From a virus (taxonomy: Duplodnaviria; Caudoviricetes), in IMG/VR virus record IMGVR_UViG_3300028591_000071: a stretch of DNA of 64,000 nt. One strand, 5' to 3'. Within the stretch, counting starts at the first letter, position 1. Every line of letters begins with the position of its first letter. The notes beneath the pieces are model-generated. The model was not told the DNA's origin, made no database searches, and saw only the letters and a list, made by a program, of their open reading frames with translations. This document shows, in pieces, positions 30,731-40,853 of the stretch. The translations under genes and the position numbers were made by a program.

Positions 30731-31123
30731 ATGGAAGAAGAAGTATTGGCATATGTGAGGCCGAATTCAAAGAACACCGACGGGACATTCGTTTACGATT
30801 TTTTCTTCACGCAAACGCCTGAATTTGTATGGGGACCTGATTGGGATGTGAATAATCCTTCGGCAAACGGAGACATTACCCCCGAAGAATCAACATATTC
30901 ATCGGTACATAGGGTGAAGACGACGCTTCCGCTTAAGACCGCAGAAGAAACATCCTGTTATTCAATGGAATATGCCACATATAAGATTTTGGCACTTGCA
31001 TGGATTGATATAGAGAACCTTGACGAATATCCCGAACACGGGAGGATGACGCTTCATTTCGGCGACAGATTCGATGATGTTAGGGCAAAACTCAACGATT
31101 ATGGTTGGGATTTTAATAACTAA
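30731..31123 (+). CDS. Hypothetical protein, paralogue of previous gene
   Basis: Shared motifs with 30249-30728. Confidence 0.75.
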   Translation: MEEEVLAYVRPNSKNTDGTFVYDFFFTQTPEFVWGPDWDVNNPSANGDITPEESTYSSVHRVKTTLPLKTAEETSCYSMEYATYKILALAWIDIENLDEYPEHGRMTLHFGDRFDDVRAKLNDYGWDFNN

Positions 31124-31139
31124 TTTGTATATTTAACGC

Positions 31140-31643
31140 ATGAAAGATTCAAGAAGAGATGGCATGGCCGTATATGACAAGCATGTAGCGTTTTGGGGAG
31201 GGGCATTCTCCAATTTCTATCCGTGCAAAATAAGGCTTGACGACAAGGACTATATAAGTTCCGAACAATATTTCATGGCTAAGAAAGCGGAGCATTTCAA
31301 TGACGAAGAAATGCTTCGGAACATTATGAACTCAAAGACACCGAAAGAAGCAAAAGCGTTTGGCCGTCAGGTAAGAGGATTTGATGCCGAAGAATGGTCA
31401 AATGTCTGTGAGGAGTATATGTATGAAGGCGTTTTTGCAAAGTTCACGCAGAACGAAGACCTAAAGGATTTTCTATTGAGCGACGAATTCAAAGGCAAGG
31501 GCTTCGTCGAAGGCTCGCCAATCGACGGTGTGTGGGGCGTTAAGATTCATTATGAATCACCAAACATTGATGATGAAAGTAATTGGAACGGGTTGAACCT
31601 ACTCGGAAAAGTTCTCAACAGGGTAAGAGAAGAGTTAAGTTAA
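31140..31643 (+). CDS. NADAR (YbiA-like) hydrolase
   Basis: FSNFY, SSEQYFMAKKA, AKAFGR, KFTQN, VEGSP.D.VWG, GLNLLGKVL motifs. Confidence 0.92.
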   Translation: MKDSRRDGMAVYDKHVAFWGGAFSNFYPCKIRLDDKDYISSEQYFMAKKAEHFNDEEMLRNIMNSKTPKEAKAFGRQVRGFDAEEWSNVCEEYMYEGVFAKFTQNEDLKDFLLSDEFKGKGFVEGSPIDGVWGVKIHYESPNIDDESNWNGLNLLGKVLNRVREELS

Positions 31644-31669
31644 TGGTAGCAGATTTTGCTACCATTTTT
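31642..31669 (+). terminator. Intrinsic terminator
   Basis: AATGGTAGCA...TGCTACCATT followed by T-tract. Confidence 0.75.
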
Positions 31670-31735
31670 GTTTATCGCCAATTTTTTGTATATTTAATCT
31701 AAAACAGCCGAGGGATTCGGCTTAACGGAACGAAT

Positions 31736-34700
31736 ATGGTAACAAAAAAATTTGAGAAAAAAGTAATTACACAAGATGTGGTCAGTTCATTTCTTGAAGG
31801 AAATGACCCACAGAAGAGGATAGTAAACCTCGAATATTCTTATCAAGACGACTACATAACAGTCTTTAGTAGGGACGAAAACGACAATAAAATAGAAGAA
31901 CAGCAGCCTTTTTACCCATTTGTATGGGCAAAGAAAGAGGCCTGCGTAAGTCTGTTCAACGGAGACAGACAAAAAGTGTTGGATGAACTTCACAAGAGCG
32001 GAATTTGGTCCAAGGCACTTGATGTCACCAATTCTGAGGGAGAAGTTGTTCAAGAAATGCTCAACGGCTACGCATATATGTTTTATGCTACAAGGCCGAT
32101 GCCCTATTCAAAGTTTCTCGATTTCTTCAAGAGGGCAGGAGTTCCTGTTTATTCAACAAAAATGAAGAAAAACGAACCCGATTTAACATCAAAGAAACGC
32201 GAAAAGTTGTATCTTGCGGTAACACCACAGGAACAGTTTCTTATTTCAACAGGAAAGCGTTTCTTCAAGGGATATGATGATTATGACCAAGTTCTCCGTC
32301 TTATATTCGACTTGGAATCCACGGGTCTTAATACAAAGAAAGACCGAATTGAACAGTTCGGTATTAGGTTCAATCGGCCGGTAAAATATCGTGGAGAATA
32401 TATAAACTTTGAAAAGATTTATACAACGGAAGGCGAAACCGAGGAAGAAAAGAATGAATCAGAACTTAAAAATATCATAACATTCCTCAAGGTAATCCGT
32501 ACTTTTAAGCCCGATGTAATTACGGCCCATAACGGAGAGGCATTCGACTGGAACCTCATTTTCGGCGCGTGTGAGCGTCTTGGGTATGACCTTTCAGAGA
32601 TATCTAAGAAGTTTTTTAACGGAAAATCACTATACAAAGACCCCAAGGAGTCAATACTTAAACTCGGCGGGGAAATAGAGACATACAACAGGACGATTGT
32701 ACCTAACAGCATAGTAACCGATTCCCTTCACGCCGTAAGGCGTGCTCAGGCGTTGGATTCAAATATGCTGTTCTCAAATTTGAAATATGTGACGAAATAT
32801 TCCAAAATCGTCAAGCCTGACCGTGTATATGTTCCGGGTGACCGTATTTCAGAGATTTGGAATGACAAAGAACATCTGTTCGCCTTCAATCAAAAGGATG
32901 GAGATTGGTATATCTATGACCCGAATTATATTCCGAATGGAGAATACAAAAGAGGCAAAGACGGAGACTCATTCACGCTTTATACCAAACATATAGTCGA
33001 GGATGATTATATACTTGTGAGCGGAGAATATATCGTTGGCCGTTATCTTCTTGATGACTTGTGGGAGTGCGACAAGGTTGAGCACCGATACAACACTCCG
33101 AACTTCCTGATTTGTAAAATGCTTCCCGTTCCGTTCCAAAGGTGCTGTACGATGGGTACTGCAGGACAGTGGAAGGCGTTGATGCTTGCTTGGAGTTACG
33201 AAAACAATCTTGCGATTCCCCCGTTTGGAGAGAGCAAGACCTTTACGGGCGGACTTTCCCGATTATTGAGGGTAGGATTTGTTGATGATGTAGCAAAATT
33301 TGACTACAACTCACTTTATCCTTCAATCATTCTTACTTGGGGTATCAGCGACCCGAAAGACCTCATGCATACGATGTTGTATTTCCTTGAGCATGTTCTT
33401 ACACAACGAGAGAAGTATAAGAAACTCAAAAAGGCGGCGAGCAAGAAGAAAAATGCTGCCACAACAGCCGAGGATAAGATGAAATATGCTGAAGAGGAAT
33501 CGGCAAATGACAAAAAACAGTTGCCTCTTAAAATCCTCGGTAACTCGTTCTTCGGTTCATACGGAGCGCCGAATGTGTTCCCGTGGGCGTCCATTGACTG
33601 TGCAGAAAGGACTACTTGTACGGGTAGAATGTCATTGAGGTTGATGATTTATTGGTTCAACAATCTTGGTTATCAGCCGATTGTCGGTGATACTGATGGT
33701 TTTAACTTCAAACTTCCATCAACATACAGATATACTGATGAAAACCCGTATATCAGCCCGGGGCTTTCCCGCGAAACAAAAAAAGATGAGAAGTATGTTG
33801 GATTCAAGGCGGATGTTGCAGAATTCAACGACCTGTTCATGTGTGATAAGCACTATACCGATAATGCTGTCAATAAAATGGGACTTGGTATTGATGAAAT
33901 AGTTGCTGCAACCATCAACTTCTCAAGGAAAAACTATGCGGACTACTTCCCTGAAGAAGATTTTCCTAACGACATCAAGATGGTTGGAAACACAATTAAA
34001 TCCAAGAAGATGCCTGAGTATATTGCGAAGTTCCTTGAACGCGGAATACGCCTCCTGGAGCGGAAGAAAGGACAGGACTTCATCAATGAATACTACTCGT
34101 ATATTGATAAGATTTACAATTACCAGATTCCGTTGAAACAGATTGCAACGAAAGGCAAAGTGAAGAAGACGATTGAGGAATATAAGAAAGATTGTGAGAC
34201 CATAACAAAGGCGGGCCGTCCGAAGTCAAGGCAAGCGTGGATGGAACTTGTAATAAAGGAAAATATTGATGTTGCAATGGGTGAGACTGTTTATTATGTG
34301 AATACAGGTAAATCGAAGTCTCAGGCTGATGTGAAGAAAGTAACACACTATTACAAGGATGACGGTCTGTTTGGAGATAAGAAAGATTTCAAGGTAGCAC
34401 TTGAAAAGGAGTGGAAACAAGACACCGTTGACGGAAGACTCGCAGAAGCAAGCAAGAAACTATCTCTTACAGAATGGGTTAAGAGACATCATCCCGAGGT
34501 AAAGGTAGAAGAAGAGATTATCCTTAATTGCAAATTGGTTCCGAGGAACATAATTGATTCCGAAAACGATTATCTGTGTGAGGAAGGAGAAGAGTATAAT
34601 GTGGCAAAGTACATTTCAATGTTCAACAGCCGTATCACTCCTCTTCTCGTATGCTTCCACCCTGATATAAGGAACAAAATCCTCATAACAAACCCGGAGG

Positions 34701-35164
34701 ATAAGAGTTACTTCACATATGAGGAATGCGAACTCTGCAGCGGCTTCCCTAACAAGGAAAGCGACCAAGACACATACGAACAGTTGATGACGATGGACGA
34801 TAAGGAAATCCGTTTTTGGAAAAGCCATCCTCAATGGAAAATTCCGTTTCTCAAGGAATGCAATATGGATTGGGATAAGATTGTCGCCGACTATGATGAA
34901 AGAATGAAGCGTGAAAAGGAACTTGGAATAGAACGGATTCGTGAAAAGGTTGAACTTTTCCTCGCAAATATGACACCGGACATGATTGAAGATTTGGAAG
35001 ATGGAATCTTATCACCTGAGCTTCTTAAAATTGTCGATGTTGACCCGAAGACAGGTAACCTTGTTTCAAAAGAATATCCTGACATTGTTATTGTTCATAT
35101 TTATGACCTTTATGATAAATTGGAAGAGGCCATAGAAGAAGAACAGGCAGAGGATGGGCAATAA
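31736..35164 (+). CDS. Family B DNA polymerase with 3'-5' exonuclease
   Basis: ExoI FDLESTG, ExoII HNGEAFD, motif A DYNSLYPSII, motif B KILGNSFFG, motif C GDTDG. Confidence 0.95.
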   Translation: MVTKKFEKKVITQDVVSSFLEGNDPQKRIVNLEYSYQDDYITVFSRDENDNKIEEQQPFYPFVWAKKEACVSLFNGDRQKVLDELHKSGIWSKALDVTNSEGEVVQEMLNGYAYMFYATRPMPYSKFLDFFKRAGVPVYSTKMKKNEPDLTSKKREKLYLAVTPQEQFLISTGKRFFKGYDDYDQVLRLIFDLESTGLNTKKDRIEQFGIRFNRPVKYRGEYINFEKIYTTEGETEEEKNESELKNIITFLKVIRTFKPDVITAHNGEAFDWNLIFGACERLGYDLSEISKKFFNGKSLYKDPKESILKLGGEIETYNRTIVPNSIVTDSLHAVRRAQALDSNMLFSNLKYVTKYSKIVKPDRVYVPGDRISEIWNDKEHLFAFNQKDGDWYIYDPNYIPNGEYKRGKDGDSFTLYTKHIVEDDYILVSGEYIVGRYLLDDLWECDKVEHRYNTPNFLICKMLPVPFQRCCTMGTAGQWKALMLAWSYENNLAIPPFGESKTFTGGLSRLLRVGFVDDVAKFDYNSLYPSIILTWGISDPKDLMHTMLYFLEHVLTQREKYKKLKKAASKKKNAATTAEDKMKYAEEESANDKKQLPLKILGNSFFGSYGAPNVFPWASIDCAERTTCTGRMSLRLMIYWFNNLGYQPIVGDTDGFNFKLPSTYRYTDENPYISPGLSRETKKDEKYVGFKADVAEFNDLFMCDKHYTDNAVNKMGLGIDEIVAATINFSRKNYADYFPEEDFPNDIKMVGNTIKSKKMPEYIAKFLERGIRLLERKKGQDFINEYYSYIDKIYNYQIPLKQIATKGKVKKTIEEYKKDCETITKAGRPKSRQAWMELVIKENIDVAMGETVYYVNTGKSKSQADVKKVTHYYKDDGLFGDKKDFKVALEKEWKQDTVDGRLAEASKKLSLTEWVKRHHPEVKVEEEIILNCKLVPRNIIDSENDYLCEEGEEYNVAKYISMFNSRITPLLVCFHPDIRNKILITNPEDKSYFTYEECELCSGFPNKESDQDTYEQLMTMDDKEIRFWKSHPQWKIPFLKECNMDWDKIVADYDERMKREKELGIERIREKVELFLANMTPDMIEDLEDGILSPELLKIVDVDPKTGNLVSKEYPDIVIVHIYDLYDKLEEAIEEEQAEDGQ

Positions 35165-35196
35165 AAGAAAAACGGAGATTTAATCTCCGTTTTTTT
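35164..35196. terminator. Bidirectional terminator
   Basis: AAAAACGGAGAT..ATCTCCGTTTTTTT between convergent genes. Confidence 0.85.
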
Positions 35197-35821
35197 CGTT
35201 TGCGTTACCGACTTTTTGTAAGTTTGCCTTGAATACATTTCCCTTACTATCTACAACTGATATCGTGCCCTTTTGCAGTAGGATTGATTTCAGCGTGTTC
35301 TCGTTTATCGGTTGTCTTTCAAAATATTCTCTTATGCACTCAGAAACAATTGCCTTAATGACACCATAGTCAATACCTGCTCCGCCATATTGAGGATGTT
35401 GATATGATGTTTGCTCAGTTACCTGTTGCTTCCTCCCTCCTGACAATGGCTTTGGCGTTATGTTCATTCCACGAAGGACTGATGCATTTGAATCAAGTGC
35501 CGATACATCAATGCGGTTTTCCAACATTGACTTCTTAATATTATCAGGCATTTCGCTTCTCTCGTATGCAGCATCTGAATAACGGATGTCTCCTGATGGG
35601 TAAGATGGCTCGTTGTTATCGTCATCATATTCTGCGGAATACATTCTATCCCACATGTTAGCATCCTTATCGAAATCTTCAACTCTTGGACCGCCGCCCA
35701 TCATTCCTTCATTGACCCTTCCTCTTGAAACATTCATCTGAGGGGCCCTGTCTTCCATACTGCGAATAGTTTCAGAACTGTTCGCAATAATCTGCGCTAA
35801 TTTATCTTTTGAAATTGGCAT
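35180..35821 (-). CDS. Hypothetical late protein
   Basis: Contains IKAIVSECIRE..INE motif; last gene of a late operon. Confidence 0.75.
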   Translation of the reverse strand: MPISKDKLAQIIANSSETIRSMEDRAPQMNVSRGRVNEGMMGGGPRVEDFDKDANMWDRMYSAEYDDDNNEPSYPSGDIRYSDAAYERSEMPDNIKKSMLENRIDVSALDSNASVLRGMNITPKPLSGGRKQQVTEQTSYQHPQYGGAGIDYGVIKAIVSECIREYFERQPINENTLKSILLQKGTISVVDSKGNVFKANLQKVGNANEKNGD

Positions 35822-35822
35822 A

Positions 35823-36668
35823 TTAATCCTCTTCTTTTTCGTCTTCGTCGTTATATAAATTGTCCATCCTGTTCATCATATCGTTGAACTTTGATGTAAC
35901 CTCTTCCTTATTTTCCGTCCCGTTCTTAATATCTTCCTTGCTCACAGGCTCTGTCTTCGCCGTTAGTTTTTCAGCTTCGCCATTGTCTGTTTTCTGAACA
36001 GGTGGTTGATTGCCCGTAATCTTCTCCTTTGAAATCGGTTTGGTTTCAGGTGCAGTCATCTTATTATCAATGTAAGCAGGTTTGTTCGTATTGTCAACAT
36101 TTCCGCTCCTTGAATTTGCTGCTGATGTAAAATTTTCTCCGTTATTCGTGTTTGGAACCTGGCTCTTCTGAGTAGGGGCGACATCAGTTTTTGAAAGAGG
36201 ACCCTGCGTGATTGGATTTGTTTCGGTTGCCACCTGCACATCATCATCCGCAAACGGAGTTATAGCAAACAACTTTGTCATTCCCTTATCACCGTGGGTG
36301 TTAAGCCCAAGATTGACTAGGGCATCTCTATAATCCTTGAACGATTTTGTTCCGTTCGCCCAAGAATATATGTTATCAACAAGGAATAGTTTCCATTTAG
36401 GTATTTTCCTCGGATTAGGTGGATTTGTCAAACCTCGTTTGCTTGAACCCGCAGTTTGATATGCCCTGACAGCCTTTTTACCGGATTTAGTTAAGCCGAA
36501 AGCGACGGGAAGGATATAACGCTCGTTTTTACCCTTTCCGCCCTTCTTGTCGTTGTATGAAATCCTGACCCTTAAAACATTGTTGATGGCTTTCTTGATG
36601 TCATCATCTCTGTTGGCCTTTATTTCATTCAGTAACGATTCTTTAACTATGTTTCCGAATAACGCCAT
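35823..36668 (-). CDS. WYL-like domain protein with LLNE leader and disordered C-terminus
   Basis: VRISY..ERYILPVAFG..VRAYQ..WKLFLVDNI pattern typical of the WYL fold. Confidence 0.6.
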   Translation of the reverse strand: MALFGNIVKESLLNEIKANRDDDIKKAINNVLRVRISYNDKKGGKGKNERYILPVAFGLTKSGKKAVRAYQTAGSSKRGLTNPPNPRKIPKWKLFLVDNIYSWANGTKSFKDYRDALVNLGLNTHGDKGMTKLFAITPFADDDVQVATETNPITQGPLSKTDVAPTQKSQVPNTNNGENFTSAANSRSGNVDNTNKPAYIDNKMTAPETKPISKEKITGNQPPVQKTDNGEAEKLTAKTEPVSKEDIKNGTENKEEVTSKFNDMMNRMDNLYNDEDEKEED

Positions 36669-37039
36669 TATACCCTAATCTGTCCGTCAGCAACATTAAG
36701 AGATGTATCTACGAGGTGTGCGCCATACTCGAATTCTTCGTTATAAACAGAAATGTTTTTCAAGAATATGCGTCCACCAATGCCATTTCTTCCTTCAATA
36801 TCATAAAGACCACCACCGTTATCTGATGTGTCGAAATTTGAGTAATCTATTGAAGATGGCTTGTTACAGTCAGGAACTGAATGCGTGTGTCCTCCGTGTC
36901 CTGTTCCCTTACCCTGAGGGTCGCCTGTTGCCAATGCATCAGGATGTACGGCTGAATATTCATCAACCCTGGTGTAATCGTTTCTTACAAGAGCTTCGTT
37001 TCTTGCTTCAATACCTTTCTTTTCAAGACATGTTTGCAT
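36668..37039 (-). CDS. Hypothetical (probable virion) protein
   Basis: 123-aa ORF in late operon; Gly/His-rich GKGTGHGGHTH. Confidence 0.7.
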   Translation of the reverse strand: MQTCLEKKGIEARNEALVRNDYTRVDEYSAVHPDALATGDPQGKGTGHGGHTHSVPDCNKPSSIDYSNFDTSDNGGGLYDIEGRNGIGGRIFLKNISVYNEEFEYGAHLVDTSLNVADGQIRV

Positions 37040-37061
37040 AATATTTTATGTTTTTTAATCC

Positions 37062-37685
37062 TTATTGATTTAGGAAAACTCCACCGTCGGCCTTTGGAAG
37101 CCCATTCGCTGAAGATGCTCTCTTCATTCCTTCGGGTTTGTTATCCATTACGCTTTTATCGTTTGCTTTCGCAGCATTGTATTGTTTTTCTGCAGTATCA
37201 ATGCTGTTCCAGTTATTTTTCATTCTATTGACGGTATTTAGAGCCTTTTGTTTTATTTCAGGAGTTCCACCTGTAATAGCCGTCTTCTCTGCTGCGCGTT
37301 TCCTGCACAATGCGGTCTTTGTTGCTCCGTATGATTTGCCATCCTTTCCGCCGAAATTCAGGTTCTTTAGTCTTGCGTTACCATGTTCTTTCTCTTCACC
37401 GAGATATTCTTTATCCCAATCACGTTTTGACATTTCCCTGACGGTTATAGGCCCCATTCCATGAAGTTTTGCATTACCACGCCAGTTGTTCGTCATATCA
37501 TGTGAATAGTCATCGGTAGTTGTCGGCTGTGCATAATCGTTGTCCATACCGCCATCAGAACTTACCTCTGTGGAGAATATATCGCCCATGTCGGGTTTCA
37601 TTGCAAGCCCGTCAAGATATGAGCAGTCCCCTCCACAAATTTCGTCGAGTTGTTTCTGTGACAATATGATGGTTTTTTTACTCAT
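37062..37685 (-). CDS. Hypothetical late protein
   Basis: MSKKTIILSQKQLDEI leader; operon position. Confidence 0.75.
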   Translation of the reverse strand: MSKKTIILSQKQLDEICGGDCSYLDGLAMKPDMGDIFSTEVSSDGGMDNDYAQPTTTDDYSHDMTNNWRGNAKLHGMGPITVREMSKRDWDKEYLGEEKEHGNARLKNLNFGGKDGKSYGATKTALCRKRAAEKTAITGGTPEIKQKALNTVNRMKNNWNSIDTAEKQYNAAKANDKSVMDNKPEGMKRASSANGLPKADGGVFLNQ

Positions 37686-38056
37686 TAGTCCTGTGTTGCT
37701 CTATATTTGTACTTATTGCAGCATTCAAGCATTTCATCAAGAATGTTCGTTAACCCTCCTTCCTCTTCTGAACTTGCTGATTTCTTCATGTTAAGGACAT
37801 CTTTTTCAAATTCCTTTAGCATTGGAATCAACTCCTTTGAATTTGGAAGCATCGGTAATAGTTTTCCAAGAGGAAAATGCTCGCCAGACATTCCCATACA
37901 GCATTCCATAAAGCGGTCTTCGCATTCGTGAATGCTATCCTCAATCTCATCACAGAGTTTATGTTCGGCATTGCTCTTTGTGTTCCAATGTATCTCCTTG
38001 ACCCTGATTAGGTAGCCGTGAAGATTGCACGCAAAATTTATATACTCGCTTTTCAT
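37685..38056 (-). CDS. Ferritin/Dps-like four-helix protein
   Basis: EIHWNT..EHKLCDE..DRFME and LDEM..KY pattern of Dps-like proteins; late motif at 38082-38092. Confidence 0.7.
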   Translation of the reverse strand: MKSEYINFACNLHGYLIRVKEIHWNTKSNAEHKLCDEIEDSIHECEDRFMECCMGMSGEHFPLGKLLPMLPNSKELIPMLKEFEKDVLNMKKSASSEEEGGLTNILDEMLECCNKYKYRATQD

Positions 38057-38090
38057 AACCTACATTTTACATTTTTACAAATATAAATAG

Positions 38091-38119
38091 TTGACAAAGC
38101 AAGTTTTTGCCGTTATATT
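38091..38119 (+). promoter_or_regulatory. Sigma70-type promoter TTGACA-N17-TATATT
   Basis: Consensus -35 and 17-nt spacer upstream of vWA gene; back-to-back with the late motif. Confidence 0.7.
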
Positions 38120-38153
38120 GATTTCAAATAAGAGTTTCAAAAAACTAAATCAA

Positions 38154-38852
38154 ATGAAAGAGAATTTTATCCATGTTTGCTTCGTGATTGACGAGTCGGG
38201 AAGCATGACCGGGACAGAATCCGATGTTATAGGCGGTTTCAAGAAAGTAGTTGACGAGCAAAAAGCAAACTCCGCAGGAACATGTTCAGTTTCTTATTAT
38301 ACCTTTGACAGCAAGGTAAAACAACTTTATTTAGGAAAAGACATCAATGATGTTGAGTACATTGACGGAAAATACAATCCAGGAGGATGCACCGCATTGT
38401 TTGATGCCGTAGGAACGGCAATCGATGAGGTTGGTAAATGGCTCGACGCAATGAAGGAAGAGGATAAACCAGAAAAAAATCTCATCGTAATCATGACTGA
38501 CGGCGGGGAAAATTCATCCGTAGAGTACAGTGCGTCAAAGGTTAAGGAAATGATTAAGCACCAGGAAGATAAATATAATTGGTCATTTGTTTATATGGGT
38601 AGTGACCTTACGGATGCAACAGACGCAAATACACTTGGATTTTCAGTCAGAGCATATTCAAACAAAGCTGACTATATGAAGAATTATGAAATCATAAATA
38701 GTGCCGTTAGTGGATATAGAGGGGCATGCGGTCCTGCAGGTGCAAAGGGTGCAGTACTTAATGATGTGCTGACAGCACAAGCGACAATGCTAACGGAAGA
38801 ATATGCTTCAGACCTTGGAATAAATGCGGACGACCTTCTAAAACAAGCATAA
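38154..38852 (+). CDS. von Willebrand factor A domain protein
   Basis: MIDAS motif IDESGSM, GCTALFDA, IMTDGGEN. Confidence 0.88.
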   Translation: MKENFIHVCFVIDESGSMTGTESDVIGGFKKVVDEQKANSAGTCSVSYYTFDSKVKQLYLGKDINDVEYIDGKYNPGGCTALFDAVGTAIDEVGKWLDAMKEEDKPEKNLIVIMTDGGENSSVEYSASKVKEMIKHQEDKYNWSFVYMGSDLTDATDANTLGFSVRAYSNKADYMKNYEIINSAVSGYRGACGPAGAKGAVLNDVLTAQATMLTEEYASDLGINADDLLKQA

Positions 38853-38871
38853 GATAAAAAAACAATATAAG

Positions 38872-40107
38872 ATGGCAGATAAGAAGATAAAAGTTTTAGT
38901 TGTCCCATCAGACACGTTCGGTGTGGGGTTATATAGGTCGGTTAGCCCTCACACCCAACTTGACAAGTTATATGGCGATGATTTTGATGTTGAGATAAAT
39001 TATAATCCACCATGGTCAAATCATGAGTTCTTCGATAAATATGACATAATCCATATCCACAAAGGACTTTATGAGAACATGGAGGCGTTTTGGGCTTTCT
39101 TGGCGTATTGCAAGGAACATAACATAACCACCGTCATGGATATTGATGATAATTGGGATGTTGGGCCTCAACACCCTCTTTATGTTACGAACAAAGCAAT
39201 GAAGGTTCCTGAGAAGATTATTGAGAACATCAAGAAATTTGACTATGTTACGACCACAACTGAGATATTCGCCAACAAGATAAGGAAATATAATCAGAAT
39301 GTGTTAGTTTTTCCTAATGCAATAGACCCCGAAGAAGGCCAATATCAGCCAATCAAGAACCCTTCAGATAGGATTCGTTTCGGTTTCGTCATGGGTTCGG
39401 CACATGAAAAGGATATGCAACAAATCAAGGGTGTATTTGATTCACTACCACCTGATGTAATGAATAAGATACAGGTAGTACTTTGCGGATACGACCTTCG
39501 CGGAACAGTTAATATCGTAGATAAACAGGGTAACATGGTCGGTCAACGTCCAATTAAGCCCGAAGAGTCCGTTTGGCACACATACGAGAAGATTGTCACA
39601 GGAGACTACAAGATATGTTCAGAGCCATACAAAGAGTTCCTTCACAAGTTCATCAAAGGCGTTCAGTGGCCAAACGCAGCAAACGAGATGTACAGGAGAG
39701 AATGGACAAAGGATGTAACAAACTTTGCAGAACATTATAGGAACATTGATGTTCTCCTCGCGCCACTTGACTGCAACCCATTTAACGAAGTTAAATCTGA
39801 GTTGAAATTCGTTGAAGCGGGATTTACCAAGACTGCGTTGATTTGCAGTAATTTTGGCCCTTACACAATATGCAGTAAGCCGCTTATAAAGTTCGGCGGA
39901 GAGATTGACCCTGAAGGTAATTGCTTGCTTGTGGATGATTCAAAAAAACATAAACTTTGGAAAAAATACATTTTGAAGTTGGTTGAACATCCAGAATATA
40001 TTGACATATTAAAGGAAAACCTCTATAATACAGTAAAAGATAAGTACGACATAAGGAATGTAACCAAGTTACGCGCTGAGTGGTATAAGTCTATTTGTAA
40101 AAAGTAA
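38872..40107 (+). CDS. Glycosyltransferase (GT-B/GT4-like)
   Basis: GVGLYR..P, MDIDD, FPNAID, DVLLAPL..FNEVKSELKFVEAG. Confidence 0.85.
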   Translation: MADKKIKVLVVPSDTFGVGLYRSVSPHTQLDKLYGDDFDVEINYNPPWSNHEFFDKYDIIHIHKGLYENMEAFWAFLAYCKEHNITTVMDIDDNWDVGPQHPLYVTNKAMKVPEKIIENIKKFDYVTTTTEIFANKIRKYNQNVLVFPNAIDPEEGQYQPIKNPSDRIRFGFVMGSAHEKDMQQIKGVFDSLPPDVMNKIQVVLCGYDLRGTVNIVDKQGNMVGQRPIKPEESVWHTYEKIVTGDYKICSEPYKEFLHKFIKGVQWPNAANEMYRREWTKDVTNFAEHYRNIDVLLAPLDCNPFNEVKSELKFVEAGFTKTALICSNFGPYTICSKPLIKFGGEIDPEGNCLLVDDSKKHKLWKKYILKLVEHPEYIDILKENLYNTVKDKYDIRNVTKLRAEWYKSICKK

Positions 40108-40128
40108 GTCATAATGTTTTAGTTTTTG

Positions 40129-40159
40129 TCCCGCATGTGTCAGTCATGCGGGATTTTTT
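40129..40159 (+). terminator. Intrinsic terminator
   Basis: TCCCGCATG...CATGCGGGA followed by T6. Confidence 0.8.
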
Positions 40160-40197
40160 GTGCTGTTAGGTGCTATTTATAAAGAAAAAACTGCATT

Positions 40198-40755
40198 ATG
40201 AATCATCTTGACAATTATGACTACGGGTCAATAACAGGATTCGTTTCAACAACGAAACAGATAAACAATCATATGGACGCCTTCAGGGAGGCAAACAAAG
40301 CGGCTCTTGATAGAAATACTGCTGCAATCAACCATCAGACAGATGTGTTGGAGCGTGTTTTCACCGAGCATACCAATAGGACTGAGGCAATCATCTCTGC
40401 ACAGACCGTAAATCAAAACATTCAGGCCGAGAAGACGAGAACAAACTTCACCACGCTCTTCCATAAGTTGATAGATACCGTCAAGGGTATATTCAGCAAG
40501 GACAAGACCGACGAGGTAAGCGGAACCACCACATTCTATGAAATGGTTCAGGCAGAGAACGACCAGACTCAGGCTTACATGAGCGGACAGACATCAACCC
40601 TTAACGCCGCACTTAACAACATAAAGTCACAACTTGAAAATGTTAAGCGGGCGATTGACCAAAATACAAGTGGAGATTCAGTTAATACTGATATAATCAA
40701 AAGGGCTATTGATGGCGTTGTAATCAATATCGAAAACAATTACCACAATATTTAA
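40198..40755 (+). CDS. Hypothetical helical Asn/Thr-rich late protein
   Basis: Monocistronic unit: late motif 40172-40181, terminator 40778-40804. Confidence 0.75.
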   Translation: MNHLDNYDYGSITGFVSTTKQINNHMDAFREANKAALDRNTAAINHQTDVLERVFTEHTNRTEAIISAQTVNQNIQAEKTRTNFTTLFHKLIDTVKGIFSKDKTDEVSGTTTFYEMVQAENDQTQAYMSGQTSTLNAALNNIKSQLENVKRAIDQNTSGDSVNTDIIKRAIDGVVINIENNYHNI

Positions 40756-40777
40756 TACCATAAACACAACACTTCAT

Positions 40778-40804
40778 CCCGCCATTAAAAATGGCGGGTT
40801 TTTT
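40778..40804 (+). terminator. Intrinsic terminator
   Basis: CCCGCCATT..AATGGCGGG followed by T-tract. Confidence 0.8.
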
Positions 40805-40853
40805 GTTTTATCGGCATTTTTTTGTATATTTTACATAAAGACAATATTGCATT

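Noticed and set aside
31736-35164. Intein or intron in DNA polymerase
   Set aside because: Continuous ORF with motifs A, B and C in order; no C..HN-C/S/T junction or LAGLIDADG motif seen.
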